Below, piece after piece: positions 12,039-23,646 of a DNA stretch of 64,000 nt. A program made the translations under genes and the position numbers. The stretch spans positions 7,812,001 to 7,876,000 of the forward strand of contig JBNRSN020000002.1 in the NCBI GenBank assembly GCA_051313645.2, in the 5' to 3' direction. The first letter of the stretch is position 1. Each line of letters starts with the position of its first letter. The notes beneath the pieces were generated by a model that worked only from the letters and a program-made list of their open reading frames with translations, was not told the origin of the DNA and did not search any database. The DNA is from Centroscyllium fabricii (Eukaryota).

Positions 12039-13708
12039 GGCCCAGAAATTAGAAACATAGAAAATAGGTGCAGGAGTAGACCATTCGGTCCTTCGAGCCT
12101 GCACCGCCATTTAATGCGTTCATGGCTGAACATGCTACCTCAGTACCCCATTCCTGCTTTCTCGCCATACCCCTTGATCCCCCTAGTTGTGAGTATTATA
12201 TCAAACTCCCTTTTGAATATATTTAGCAAACTGGCCTCAACAACCTTCTGTGGCAGAGAATTCCACAGATTCACCACTCTCTGGGTGAAGAAGTTCCTCC
12301 TCATCTCAGTCTTAAATGGCCTCCCCTTTATCCTTAGACTGTGACCCCTGGTTCTAGTCTTCCCTAACATTGGAAACATTCTGCCCGCATCTAACTTGTC
12401 TAAACCAGTAACGATTTTAAACGTCTCTATAAGATCCCCCCTCATTCTTCTGAACTCCAGAGGATACAAGTTCAGTTGATCCAGTCTTTCTTGATATGTC
12501 AGTCCGGCCATCCCAGGAATCAATCTAGTGAACCTTCCCTCAATAGCAAGAATGTCCTTCCTCAAGTTAGGAGACCAAAACTGCACACAATACTCCATGT
12601 ATGGCCTCACCAAGGCCCTGTACAACTGTAGCAACACCTCCCTACTCCTGCACTCAAATCCCCTTGCTATGAAGGCCATCATGCCATTTGCTTTCTTGAC
12701 CGCCTGCTGCACTTGCATTCCCACCTTCAGTGACTGATGTACCATGACGCCCAGGTCTCGTTGCACCTCCCCTTTCCCTAATCTGCCACCATTCAGATAA
12801 TAGTCTGCCTCTCTATTTTTACCACCAAAGTGGATAACCTCACATTTATCTACATTGTACTTCATCTGCCATACATTTGCCCATTCACCCAACCTGTCCA
12901 AGTCACTCTGCAGCCTCCTAGCATCCTCCTCATTGTTCACACTGCCTCCCAATTTAGTGTCACCCGCTTGGGCTTTGAACGCGTGCGTACGGACGGGGTA
13001 GGCACGTGTAGGCCCATCCGAAGTGCCGGTTTCCTGCATGCACTGCGCATGCTTGGGAAACCAGCACTTCCGTTCCCCGAACTAAGGGGTTAAGCGGTGA
13101 AGCGCGTGCGCAGGAGCGGCAGAGCGTGCGCATTGCATTTGCGCTTTTGTTTTTACAGGATTTTCTGTCCGGGTAAGTAATAAAAAGTTTGAAATGAAAA
13201 AAGCAGGCGTAAGGCCGGCTCTTAACAAGGTAAGTGGTGAATTATTCAAACTGAAACATTTTTTCCACAGGTTTATTATTTTTAAATACTTTAAAGAAAG
13301 GTAAGTTTATTTTCAGCCCCATTAGGGAAAAAAATTATTTATTCAAAATTTTTTAATTATTGTTTAAAACAGTTATTTAATGTAATTTAGTTACTTTAAA
13401 AATGTGATTAAAAAAAATATTATTTGAAGTTTCAGTGATGTTTCGGGGTTTGTAGTTTTCATAGTTTTGACAGGTCTTCCTGTCAAACTTATGAATGGAG
13501 CATTCTCTGCTCCGATTGGCTCTCCGTGGCCCACGTGATCCATCGCACTAACTGCGCCGCTGGGATACGTGAGCACAGCGCGCCGGCAGTTGACGCAGGT
13601 CCCACATCGGAATTCCACGCGGGCCCTCAGCTCAACGGCCGGCGCGCTGGGTAAGTGCAGGTTGGAGGCTCGCACCTGCGGGAAGCCTCCGACCCGGATT
13701 TCTGGGCC
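12039..13708. mobile_element. Harbinger-type MITE split by a CR1 insertion
   Basis: TIR GGCCCAGAAAT...ATTTCTGGGCC with a CTG 3-bp duplication (12036-12038, 13709-13711). Confidence 0.7.
12051..12962 (-). mobile_element. CR1/HER1 LINE 3' fragment
   Basis: ORF 12140-13039 from DTKLGG onwards is the CR1 RT C-terminal region. Confidence 0.9.
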
Positions 13709-13824
13709 CTGAAGTATTAAAAAATATTAAACATGAAGATTAATTTAAAATTAACATTAAAGCACCATCATTAGCGGCCTTATCATTCACTGAGAACCGG
13801 ATACAATCTGAACGTCAATTAAAA

Positions 13825-14040
13825 GAATGATCTGCATTTCTATAGCTGTTTTCACAACCTCAGGACGTCCCAAAGCGTTTCACAGCCAATGAAGTACTTT
13901 TGAAGTGTTGTCACTGTTGTAATGCATTCCCTCAGTACGGCACTGGAGTGCCAGCCTAGACTTTTGCGATAAGTCTCTGGAGTGGGGATTGAACATGTGA
14001 CTCAGAGGCGAGAGTGCTACCAACTGAACCAAGGCTGACA
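13825..14040 (-). mobile_element. DeuSINE with internal deletion
   Basis: The head and tail of a SacSINE1-like element are joined without the middle. Confidence 0.7.
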
Positions 14041-14406
14041 CAAACTCACTGAGAGCCAGATACAACCTGACGAGCAGCATCGCGTGCATTTAAAATGACC
14101 TGACAATTAGCTGAAGCTCGTCAAACTATACCAAGAGCACAGTGCCCAGCTCGGCCCACCAACCACAAGCGAGACACCAGCTTCCTGCAACTACAGCAAC
14201 AGATAGCATTGCATCCAATGAATGAGGAAAGAGGGGTGAAATCAGCTCTCCAAAACAGGGACTGGGGTTGGAGGAGCTCTCATGCATATGTACAAGACAA
14301 GTGGAGAACAGGCAAATCTGGAACGTTACTTCCCAATTAAATAAACAGTGACAATAGGACAAGGAGCCATAGATTCAAATAGGTGAACGGCAAATTGAAG
14401 ATTGAT

Positions 14407-14697
14407 ATAATAACAATAATAATAATAATTCAACTTTATTGTCATTATGCAATGTACAAGTACATGAACAACGAAATGTGATCTTGCAAGCTCCCAAGAG
14501 TCCAGCAAAGCCGCTGCGTCTGTGCGCGCCGCCATTCCATCTTTCCATCATTCCGACAATCTTCAGCCAACCACCCCTCCCCGGGGCTCCTTTCGTGACC
14601 TCCTGCACCTGGTATTCCCTGGTGGTCACCCATCCAAGTACTAACCAGGCCTGGCTCTGCTTAGCTTCCAAGCCTTGCCAGTGACCCTGTCCCTAGT
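14407..14697 (-). mobile_element. 5S rRNA-derived SINE (SINE3 type), copy 1
   Basis: GGAAGCTAAGCAGAGCCAGGCCTGGTTAGTACTTGGATGGGTGACCACCAGGGAATACCAGGTGC matches the 3' half of 5S (box A, IE, box C). A unique body and an (ATT)n tail follow. Confidence 0.85.
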
Positions 14698-14707
14698 GAT
14701 CAACGCC

Positions 14708-17700
14708 TGAGGGAGAGGAGGGGGAAACTGAGGGAGAGGAGGGGGGAACTGAGGGAGAGGAGGGGGAGAAACTGAGGGAGAGGAGGGGAAAAACTGAGGG
14801 AGATGAGGGGAAAAACTGAGGGAGAGGAGGGGGGAAACTGAGGGAGAGGAGGGGGAAACTGAGGGAGAGGAGGGGGGAAACTGAGGGAGAGGAGGGGGAA
14901 ACTGAGGGAGAGGAGGGGGAGAAACTGAGGGAGAGGAGGGGGAGAAACTGAGGGAGAGGAGATTGAGGGAGAGAAGGGGGAAACAGAGGGAGAGGAGGGG
15001 GAAACTGAGGGAGAGGAGGGGGGAACTGAGGGAGAGGAGGGGAGAAACTGAGGGAGAGGAGGGGGGAAACTGAGGGAGAGGAGGGGGAAACTGAGGGAGA
15101 GGAGGGGAAAACCTGAGGGAGAGGAGGGGGAAACTGAGGGAGAGGAGGGGGAGAAACTGAGGGAGAGGAGGGGGAAACTGAGGGAGAGGAGATTGAGGGA
15201 GAGAAGGGGGAAACTGAGGGAGAGGAGGGGGGAACTGAGGGAGAGGAGGGGAGAAACTGAGGGAGAGGAGGGGGAGAAACTGAGGGAGAGGAGGGGGAGA
15301 AACTGAGGGAGCGGAGGGGGAGAAACTGAGGGAGAGGAGGGGGGAAACTGAGGGAGAGGAGGGGGAGAAACTGAGGGAGAGGAGGGGGGAAACTGAGGGA
15401 GAGGAGGGGGGAAACTGAGGGAGAGGAGGGGGAAACTGAGGGAGAGGAGGGGAAAAACTGAGGGAGAGGAGGGGGAAACTGAGGGAGAGGAGGGGGGAAA
15501 CTGAGGGAGAGGAGGGGGAAACTGAGGGAGAGGAGGGGGGAAACTGAGGGAGAGGAGGGGGAACTGAGGGAGAGGAGGGGGAAACTGAGGGAGAGGAGGG
15601 GGAAACTGAGGGAGAGGAGGGGGAACTGAGGGAGAGGAGGGGACAAACTGAGGGAGAGGAGGGGGGAAACTGAGGGAGAGGAGGGGGGAAACTGAGGGAG
15701 AGGAGGGGGGAAACTGAGGGAGAGGAGGGGGAAACTGAGGGAGAGGAGGGGAAAACCTGAGGGAGAGGAGGGGGAAACTGAGGGAGAGGAGGGGGAAACT
15801 GAGGGAGAGGAGGGGGAGAAACTGAGGGAGAGGAGATTGAGGGAGAGAAGGGGGAAACTGAGGGAGAGGAGGGGGGAACTGAGGGAGAGGAGGGGAGAAA
15901 CTGAGGGAGAGGAGGGGGAGAAACTGAGGGAGAGGAGGGGGGAAACTGAGGGAGAGGAGGGGGAGAAACTGAGGGAGAGGAGGGGGGAAACTGAGGGAGA
16001 GGAGGGGGAAACTGAGGGAGAGGAGGGGAAAAACTGAGGGAGAGGAGGGGGAAACTGAGGGAGAGGAGGGGGGAAACTGAGGGAGAGGAGGGGGAAACTG
16101 AGGGAGAGGAGGGGGGAAACTGAGGGAGAGGAGGGGGAACTGAGGGAGAGGAGGGGGAAACTGAGGGAGAGGAGGGGGAAACTGAGGGAGAGGAGGGGGA
16201 ACTGAGGGAGAGGAGGGGACAAACTGAGGGAGAGGAGGGGGGAAACTGAGGGAGAGGAGGGGGAAACTGAGGGAGAGGAGGGGAAAACTGAGGGAGAGGA
16301 GGGGGAAACTGAGGGAGAGGAGGGGGTAACTGAGGGAGAGGAGGGGAGAAACTGAGGGAGAGGAGGGGGGAAACTGAGGGAGAGGAGGGGGAAACTGAGG
16401 GAGAGGAGGGGAAAACCTGAGGGAGAGGAGGGGGAAACTGAGGGAGAGGAGGGGGAGAAACTGAGGGAGAGGAGGGGGAAACTGAGGGAGAGGAGATTGA
16501 GGGAGAGAAGGGGGAAACTGAGGGAGAGGAGGGGGAAACTGAGGGAGAGGAGGGGGGAACTGAGGGAGAGGAGGGGAGAAACTGAGGGAGAGGAGGGGGG
16601 AAACTGAGGGAGAGGAGGGGGAGAAACTGAGGGAGAGGAGGGGGAGAAACTGAGGGAGCGGAGGGGGAGAAACTGAGGGAGAGGAGGGGGGAAACTGAGG
16701 GAGAGGAGGGGGGAAACTGAGGGAGAGGAGGGGGGAAACTGAGGGAGAGGAGGGGGAAACTGAGGGAGAGGAGGGGAAAAACTGAGGGAGAGGAGGGGGA
16801 AACTGAGGGAGAGGAGGGGGGAAACTGAGGGAGAGGAGGGGGGAAACTGAGGGAGAGGAGGGGGGAAACTGAGGGAGAGGAGGGGGAAACTGAGGGAGAG
16901 GAGGGGAAAAACTGAGGGAGAGGAGGGGGAAACTGAGGGAGAGGAGGGGGGAAACTGAGGGAGAGGAGGGGGAAACTGAGGGAGAGGAGGGGGGAAACTG
17001 AGGGAGAGGAGGGGGAAACTGAGGGAGAGGAGGGGGGAAACTGAGGGAGAGGAGGGGGAAACTGAGGGAGAGGAGGGGGAACTGAGGGAGAGGAGGGGAC
17101 AAACTGAGGGAGAGGAGGGGGAAACTGAGGGAGAGGAGGGGAAAACTGAGGGAGAGGAGGGGGAAACTGAGGGAGAGGAGGGGGCAAACTGAGGGAGAGG
17201 AGGGGGAAACTGAGGGAGAGGAGGGGGAGAAACTGAGGGAGAGGAGGGGGGAAACTGAGGGAGAGGAGGGGGGAAACTGAGGGAGAGGAGGGGGAAACTG
17301 AGGGAGAGGAGGGGGAAAACTGAGGGAGAGGAGGGGGAAACTGAGGGAGAGAAGGGGGAAAACTGAGGGAGAGGAGGGGGGAAACTGAGGGAGAGGAGGG
17401 GGGAAACTGAGGGAGAGGAGGGGGAAACTGAGGGAGAGGAGGGGGGAAACTGAGGGAGAGGAGGGGGAACTGAGGGAGAGGAGGGGAAAAACTGAGGGAG
17501 AGGAGGGGGAACTGAGGGAGAGGAGGGGAAAAACTGAGGGAGTGGAGGGGGCAAACTGAGGGAGAGGAGGGGGAAACTGAGGGAGAGGAGGGGGGAAACT
17601 GAGGGAGAGGAGGGGGAAACTGAGGGAGAGGAGGGGGGAACTGAGGGAGAGGAGGGGGAGAAACTGAGGGAGAGGAGGGGAAAAACTGAGGGAGATGAGG

Positions 17701-20275
17701 GGAAAAACTGAGGGAGAGGAGGGGGGAAACTGAGGGAGAGGAGGGGGAAACTGAGGGAGAGGAGGGGGGAAACTGAGGGAGAGGAGGGGGAAACTGAGGG
17801 AGAGGAGGGGGAGAAACTGAGGGAGAGGAGGGGGAGAAACTGAGGGAGAGGAGATTGAGGGAGAGAAGGGGGAAACAGAGGGAGAGGAGGGGGAAACTGA
17901 GGGAGAGGAGGGGGGAACTGAGGGAGAGGAGGGGAGAAACTGAGGGAGAGGAGGGGGGAAACTGAGGGAGAGGAGGGGAAAACCTGAGGGAGAGGAGGGG
18001 GAAACTGAGGGAGAGGAGGGGGAGAAACTGAGGGAGAGGAGGGGGAAACTGAGGGAGAGGAGATTGAGGGAGAGAAGGGGGAAACTGAGGGAGAGGAGGG
18101 GGAAACTGAGGGAGAGGAGGGGGAACTGAGGGAGAGGAGGGGAGAAACTGAGGGAGAGGAGGGGGGAAACTGAGGGAGAGGAGGGGGAGAAACTGAGGGA
18201 GAGGAGGGGGAGAAACTGAGGGAGCGGAGGGGGAGAAACTGAGGGAGAGGAGGGGGGAAACTGAGGGAGAGGAGGGGGAGAAACTGAGGGAGAGGAGGGG
18301 GGAAACTGAGGGAGAGGAGGGGGAAACTGAGGGAGAGGAGGGGGGAAACTGAGGGAGAGGAGGGGGAAACTGAGGGAGAGGAGGGGGGAAACTGAGGGAG
18401 GGGGGGGAACTGAGGGAGAGGAGGGGGAAACTGAGGGAGAGGAGGGGGAAACTGAGGGAGAGGAGGGGGAACTGAGGGAGAGGAGGGGACAAACTGAGGG
18501 AGAGGAGGGGGGAAACTGAGGGAGAGGAGGGGGAAACTGAGGGAGAGGAGGGGAAAACTGAGGGAGAGGAGGGGGAAACTGAGGGAGAGGAGGGGGGAAC
18601 TGAGGGAGAGGAGGGGAAAACCTGAGGGAGAGGAGGGGGAAACTGAGGGAGAGGAGGGGGAGAAACTGAGGGAGAGGAGGGGGAAACTGAAGGAGAGGAG
18701 ATTGAGGGAGAGAAGGGGGAAACTGAGGGAGAGGAGGGGGAAACTGAGGGAGAGGAGGGGGGAACTGAGGGAGAGGAGGGGAGAAACTGAGGGAGAGGAG
18801 GGGGAGAAACTGAGGGAGCGGAGGGGGAGAAACTGAGGGAGAGGAGGGGGGAAACTGAGGGAGAGGAGGGGGAGAAACTGAGGGAGAGGAGGGGGGAAAC
18901 TGAGGGAGAGGAGGGGGAAACTGAGGGAGAGGAGGGGAAAAACTGAGGGAGAGGAGGGGGAAACTGAGGGAGAGGAGGGGGGAAACTGAGGGAGAGGAGG
19001 GGGAAACTGAGGGAGAGGAGGGGGGAAACTGAGGGAGAGGAGGGGGAACTGAGGGAGAGGAGGGGGAAACTGAGGGAGAGGAGGGGGAAACTGAGGGAGA
19101 GGAGGGGGAACTGAGGGAGAGGAGGGGACAAACTGAGGGAGAGGAGGGGGGAAACTGAGGGAGAGGAGGGGGAAACTGAGGGAGAGGAGGGGAAAACTGA
19201 GGGAGAGGAGGGGGAAACTGAGGGAGAGGAGGGGCAAACTGAGGGAGAGGAGGGGGAAACTGAGGGAGAGGAGGGGGAGAAACTGAGGGAGAGGAGGGGG
19301 GAAACTGAGGGAGAGGAGGGGGGAAACTGAGGGAGAGGAGGGGGAAACTGAGGGAGAGGAGGGGGAAAACTGAGGGAGAGGAGGGGGAAACTGAGGGAGA
19401 GGAGGGGGGAAACTGAGGGAGAGGAGGGGGGAAACTGAGGGAGAGGAGGGGGAAACTGAGGGAGAGGAGGGGGGAAACTGAGGGAGAGGAGGGGGAACTG
19501 AGGGAGAGGAGGCGAAAAACTGAGGGAGAGGAGGGGGAACTGAGGGAGAGGAGGGGAAAAACTGAGGGAGTGGAGGGGGCAAACTGAGGGAGAGGAGGGG
19601 AAAAACTGAGGGAGTGGAGGGGGCAAACTGAGGGAGAGGAGTGGGAAACTGAGGGAGAGGAGGGGGGAAACTGAGGGAGAGGAGGGGGAACTGAGGGAGA
19701 GGAGGGGAAAACTGAGGGAGAGGAGGGGGGAAACTGAGGGAGAGGAGGGGGAACTGAGGGAGAGGAGGGGGGAGACTGAGGGAGAGGAGGGGGAAACTGA
19801 GGGAGAGGAGGGGAGAAACTGGAGGGAGAGGGGGGAGAAACTAGAGGGAGAGGGGGGGAAACTGGAGGGAGAGGAGGGGGGAAACTGGAGGGAGAGGAGG
19901 GGGGAAACTGAGAGAGAGGAGGGGGGAAACTGGAGGGAGAGGAGGGGGGAAACTGGAGGGAGAGGAGGGGGAAACTGGAGGGAGAGGAGGGGGGAAACTG
20001 GAGGGAGAGGAGGGGGGAAACTGAGAGAGAGGAGGGGGGAAACTGGAGGGAGAGGAGGGGGGAAACTGGAGGGAGAGGACGGGGAAACTGGAGGGAGAGG
20101 AGGGGGGAAACTGGAGGGAGAGGAGGGGGGAAACTGAGAGAGAGGAGGGGGGAAACTGGAGGGAGAGGAGGGGGGAAACTGGAGGCAGAGGACGGGGAAA
20201 CTGGAGGGAGAGGAGGGGGGAAACTGGAGGGAGAGGAGGGGGGAAACTGGAGGCAGAGGAGGGGAGAAACTGGGG
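14708..20275. repeat. G-rich minisatellite, ~22-24-bp unit GAGGGAGAGGAG(G)nAAACT
   Basis: Direct tandem repetition over ~5.5 kb. The + strand is strongly purine-biased. Confidence 0.98.
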
Positions 20276-21114
20276 AAGGGGGTGAAGCAAGTAATATTCA
20301 GTGTTTTACCAAGCTGGTTCGCTGAAGATTGCAATTAGTTTGTTGAGGAACATAATTGTTTCAGGTGCAGATGCGTTCATATGAGGAAACAAGAAGTCTG
20401 CCTAATCAGGGAGGGGTGGAAAGGGAGAGAGAACTGAGCCTTCACTTGAAAACCCATCGCAGTCCACGTTCGGAATTGGATAGGAAAGGACTGAAGCGCC
20501 CTGCTTTGATCACAAGTCAAACACCCCATTGCGAGGCAAGGCAAGACAGCACCGGGCACCGCCTCAAACCTGTCGACAGCACTCACTTCCCCCATCAGAA
20601 CAGGTACACAAGTTTCCGCAGCAGAGGAGTCGGGGAGGCCATTTGCGCAAGTGAGTAATTGTCCATTAAAACCCTTCAAAGCTAACCGGGAACCCGCAGC
20701 AAGACCTGCATGTGTTTTAAGGTGCTCTGTTCTTTATGTGACAGCTCTGAAGTGAAGGCCGAGAACAAAAGTACATTGTTTGGTTGAAGCGGACTAAACC
20801 GGCTCATTGAAAAGTTGACTGGAGCTTGTCCCAGCGGAACGCGTGATGCAACTGCTTTGCCGGGACAGCCTCGCACGTGTTTAACACTTTCTAGCCAGCT
20901 CTGAAAAAAAAGACATCCTGTCGACAAAGTTGCTCCTGGGACACCGTGGGGCTCCAGCTTTGCACGCTCGTTCGCTTTCAGTGTTGCATACAACCTAACG
21001 GCGCGGTGTATTCGGACCCGGGAGCTCGCGAGGCAGACGCACCTCTGCAGACGTACAGAGAAAAATCGGTGGAGGCAGGAAGTCTGAAATCAAACAGCAG
21101 AGAAAGAAGATGCA

Positions 21115-21290
21115 TCTCCACACTGCCTTTCACAACTTCAGCAAGTCCCAATTTACGGCCAATGAAGTACTTTTTGAAGCGTAGTCACTGTTGTAACGTA
21201 GAAAACGCAGCAGCCAATTTGCACACAGCAAGCTCCCACAAACAGCAATGTGATAATGACCAGATAATCTGTTTCAATGATGTTGATTAG
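21115..21290 (-). mobile_element. DeuSINE 3' half
   Basis: Tail and 3' body match 35856-36320. Confidence 0.7.
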
Positions 21291-21800
21291 AGCATTACCA
21301 TCGCCGAATCTCCCACCATCAACATCCTGGGGGTTACCATTGACCAGAAACTTAACTGAACCAGCCATATAAATACTGAGGCTACAAGAGCAGGCCAGGG
21401 GCTGGGAATTCTGCGGCGAGTGTCTCACCTCCTGACTCCCCAAAGCCTTTCCACCATCTACAAGGCACAAGTCAGGAGTGTGATGGAATACTCTCCACTT
21501 GCCTGGATGAGTGCAGCTCCAACAACACTCAAGAAGCTCGACACCATTCAGGATAAAGCAGGCCGATTGATTGGCACCCCATCCACCACCTTCAACATTC
21601 ACTCCCTCCACCACCGGCGCACTGTGTCTGCAGTGTGTACCATCTACAAGATGCACTGCAGCAACTCGCCAAGGTTTCTTCGGAAGCACCTCCCAAACTG
21701 GCGACCTCTCCCACCTAGAAGGGCAAGGGCAGCAGGCGCATGGGAATACCGCCACCTCCAAGTTTCCCTCCAAGTCACACACCATCCTGACTTGGAAATA

Positions 21801-22560
21801 CAGGTTGAAGTTCGTTAATCCGGCACCCGAAAAACCGGCAACTTCGAACGTCCGGCAATAATTTCCCCGACTGCCCTGCGCATGCGCAAAATGGCCACCG
21901 CGATCGATGCTTCGGTGAATGATCTGCGCATGCGCCGCCGAACGGCGACCGCATGCGCAGATCATTCACAATGGCCGAGCCGATCCCGAGCCGAGCCTGG
22001 CCGCTGCGAGCCTCGCTGAGCCTGGCCGCTGCGAGCCTCCCCGAGCCTGGCCGCTGCGAGCCTCCCCGAGCCGGGTCTCCCTGAACGATCAGCGCATGCG
22101 CAGACCACTCAAAATGGCCACCGGCCTTTCACGGCGGCCATTTTGAATGGTCTGCACATGCGCTCGCCGAAACATAATAATAATAATAATAATAATTCAA
22201 CTTTATTGTCATTATATAATGTACAAGTACATGGACAATGAAATGTGATCTTGCAAGCTCCCAAGAGTCCAGCAAAGCCGCTGCGTCTGTGCGCGCCGCC
22301 ATTCCATCTTTCCATCATTCCGACAATCTTCAGCCAACCGCCCCTCCCCGGGGCTCCTTTCGTGACCTTCTGCACCTGGTATTCCCTGGTGGTCACCCTT
22401 CCAAGTACTAACCAGGCCTGGCTCTGCTTAGCTTCCAAGCCTTGCCAGTGACCCTGTCCCTAGTCCCAGGAACAGGGCTGCAGCTTCAATTGTTTGGGGA
22501 TTTTCACTTGTCCGGTACGGGCCTGGTCCCACCCGTGCCGGATTAACGAACTTCAACCTG
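21801..22560. mobile_element. Tigger/pogo-like MITE with a nested 5S-SINE
   Basis: Same TIR as 10277-10710 in inverted orientation, with a TA TSD. Confidence 0.92.
22174..22478 (-). mobile_element. 5S rRNA-derived SINE, copy 2
   Basis: Near-identical to 14407-14697, with a longer 5' end (gccctgttcctgggactaggg). Confidence 0.85.
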
Positions 22561-23352
22561 TATATCAGCCATTCCTTCATCGTCGCTGGGTCAAAATCCT
22601 GGACCTCCCTCCCGAACAGCACTGTGGGAGCACCTTCACCACACGGACTGCAGCGGTTCAAGAAGGCGGCAATTAGGGATGGGCAATAAATGCCAACCTT
22701 GCCAGCAACGCCCACATCCCATAAACAAATTTTTAAGAAGTATTTATCCAATTCCCTTTTTGAAAGTTACTATTGAATCCGCTTCCTCCACCCTTTCAGG
22801 CAGCACGTTCCAGGTCACAACAACGCTCTGCGTAAAAAAAATTCCCTCATCACCCCTTCTGGTTCTTCTACCAGTTCCGAGCGAGGGACCGCAAGCAAGG
22901 CGTTGCCCAAGGAAACACGGAGAATATGGGGGAAAACACAGAGGGATTTCACACCCTCAGAGGAATGAGTTTTGAAAATATGTCAAATTACAGCAACAAA
23001 AATTACTGGCAACCAAACAAGTACAAACACGCCGTTACTGTGCTAAAACATTCACAGTGTCATTTAAGATAGATTAATCGACAAAACGAGAAACAAACCA
23101 AACATTCAGAACACAGAAGCAGAGAAAAAGAGCAGGAGCGAGCGAGGGTGCACGAGACAGACAGCGGGCGAGCAACCCTAAGAGAATGAGCAAGAAGGAA
23201 CCAGAGAGCGGGTTTGCATTTGACACGTGTCTGAATCACTTTGAAGTATTTAATCATTCAAAAATTTAATTTTCTGACCTTCTCCAAGAGAAGGAGCCAG
23301 GAACTGACCACAGCGCTGGCCAACTGCTACTACAATTATGCTTTGCAATCAT

Positions 23353-23588
23353 ATCTCATTGAAACGTAGAAAACTCTTACAGGGCTTGACAGGGTAGATG
23401 CAGGGAGGATGTTTCCCCTGGCTGGGGAGTCGAGAACCAGGGGTCACAGTTTCAGAATAAGGGGTCGGCCATTAAGGACTGAGATGAGGAGAAATGTCTT
23501 CACTCAGAGGGTGGTGATTCTTTGGAATTCTCTACCCCAGAGGGCTCTGGAGGCTCAGTCGTTGAGTATATTCAAGACAGAGATCGAA
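23353..23588 (+). mobile_element. CR1 3' fragment
   Basis: MFPLAGESRTRGHS..FTQRVV..WNSLP. Confidence 0.8.
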
Positions 23589-23646
23589 TAGGAGGGCAGA
23601 TTATTATTTGAATGGCAATAGATTGGGAGATGGGGAAGTGCAGAGA

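Larger units (their letters stand above)
21292..22730 (+). mobile_element. Second CR1/L2-group LINE 3' fragment, interrupted by a MITE
   Basis: YKAQVRSVMEYSPLAWMSAAPTTLKKLDTIQDKA. It resumes after 22562 with the 3' UTR aattagggatgggcaataaatgc. Confidence 0.8.

Noticed and set aside
14604-14669. 5S rRNA gene
   Set aside because: Only the 3' half resembles 5S, and it is embedded in a dispersed SINE with a LINE-type tail.
14641-20334. 1897-, 1629- and 800-aa Pro/Ser/Leu ORFs
   Set aside because: Open in all three minus frames only because the minisatellite lacks stop codons.
21043-21083. 41-nt minus-strand segment with a good acceptor and GAG|gtgcgt donor
   Set aside because: No Sec15 similarity and it shifts the frame. 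It cannot be told from a pseudo-exon without RNA data.
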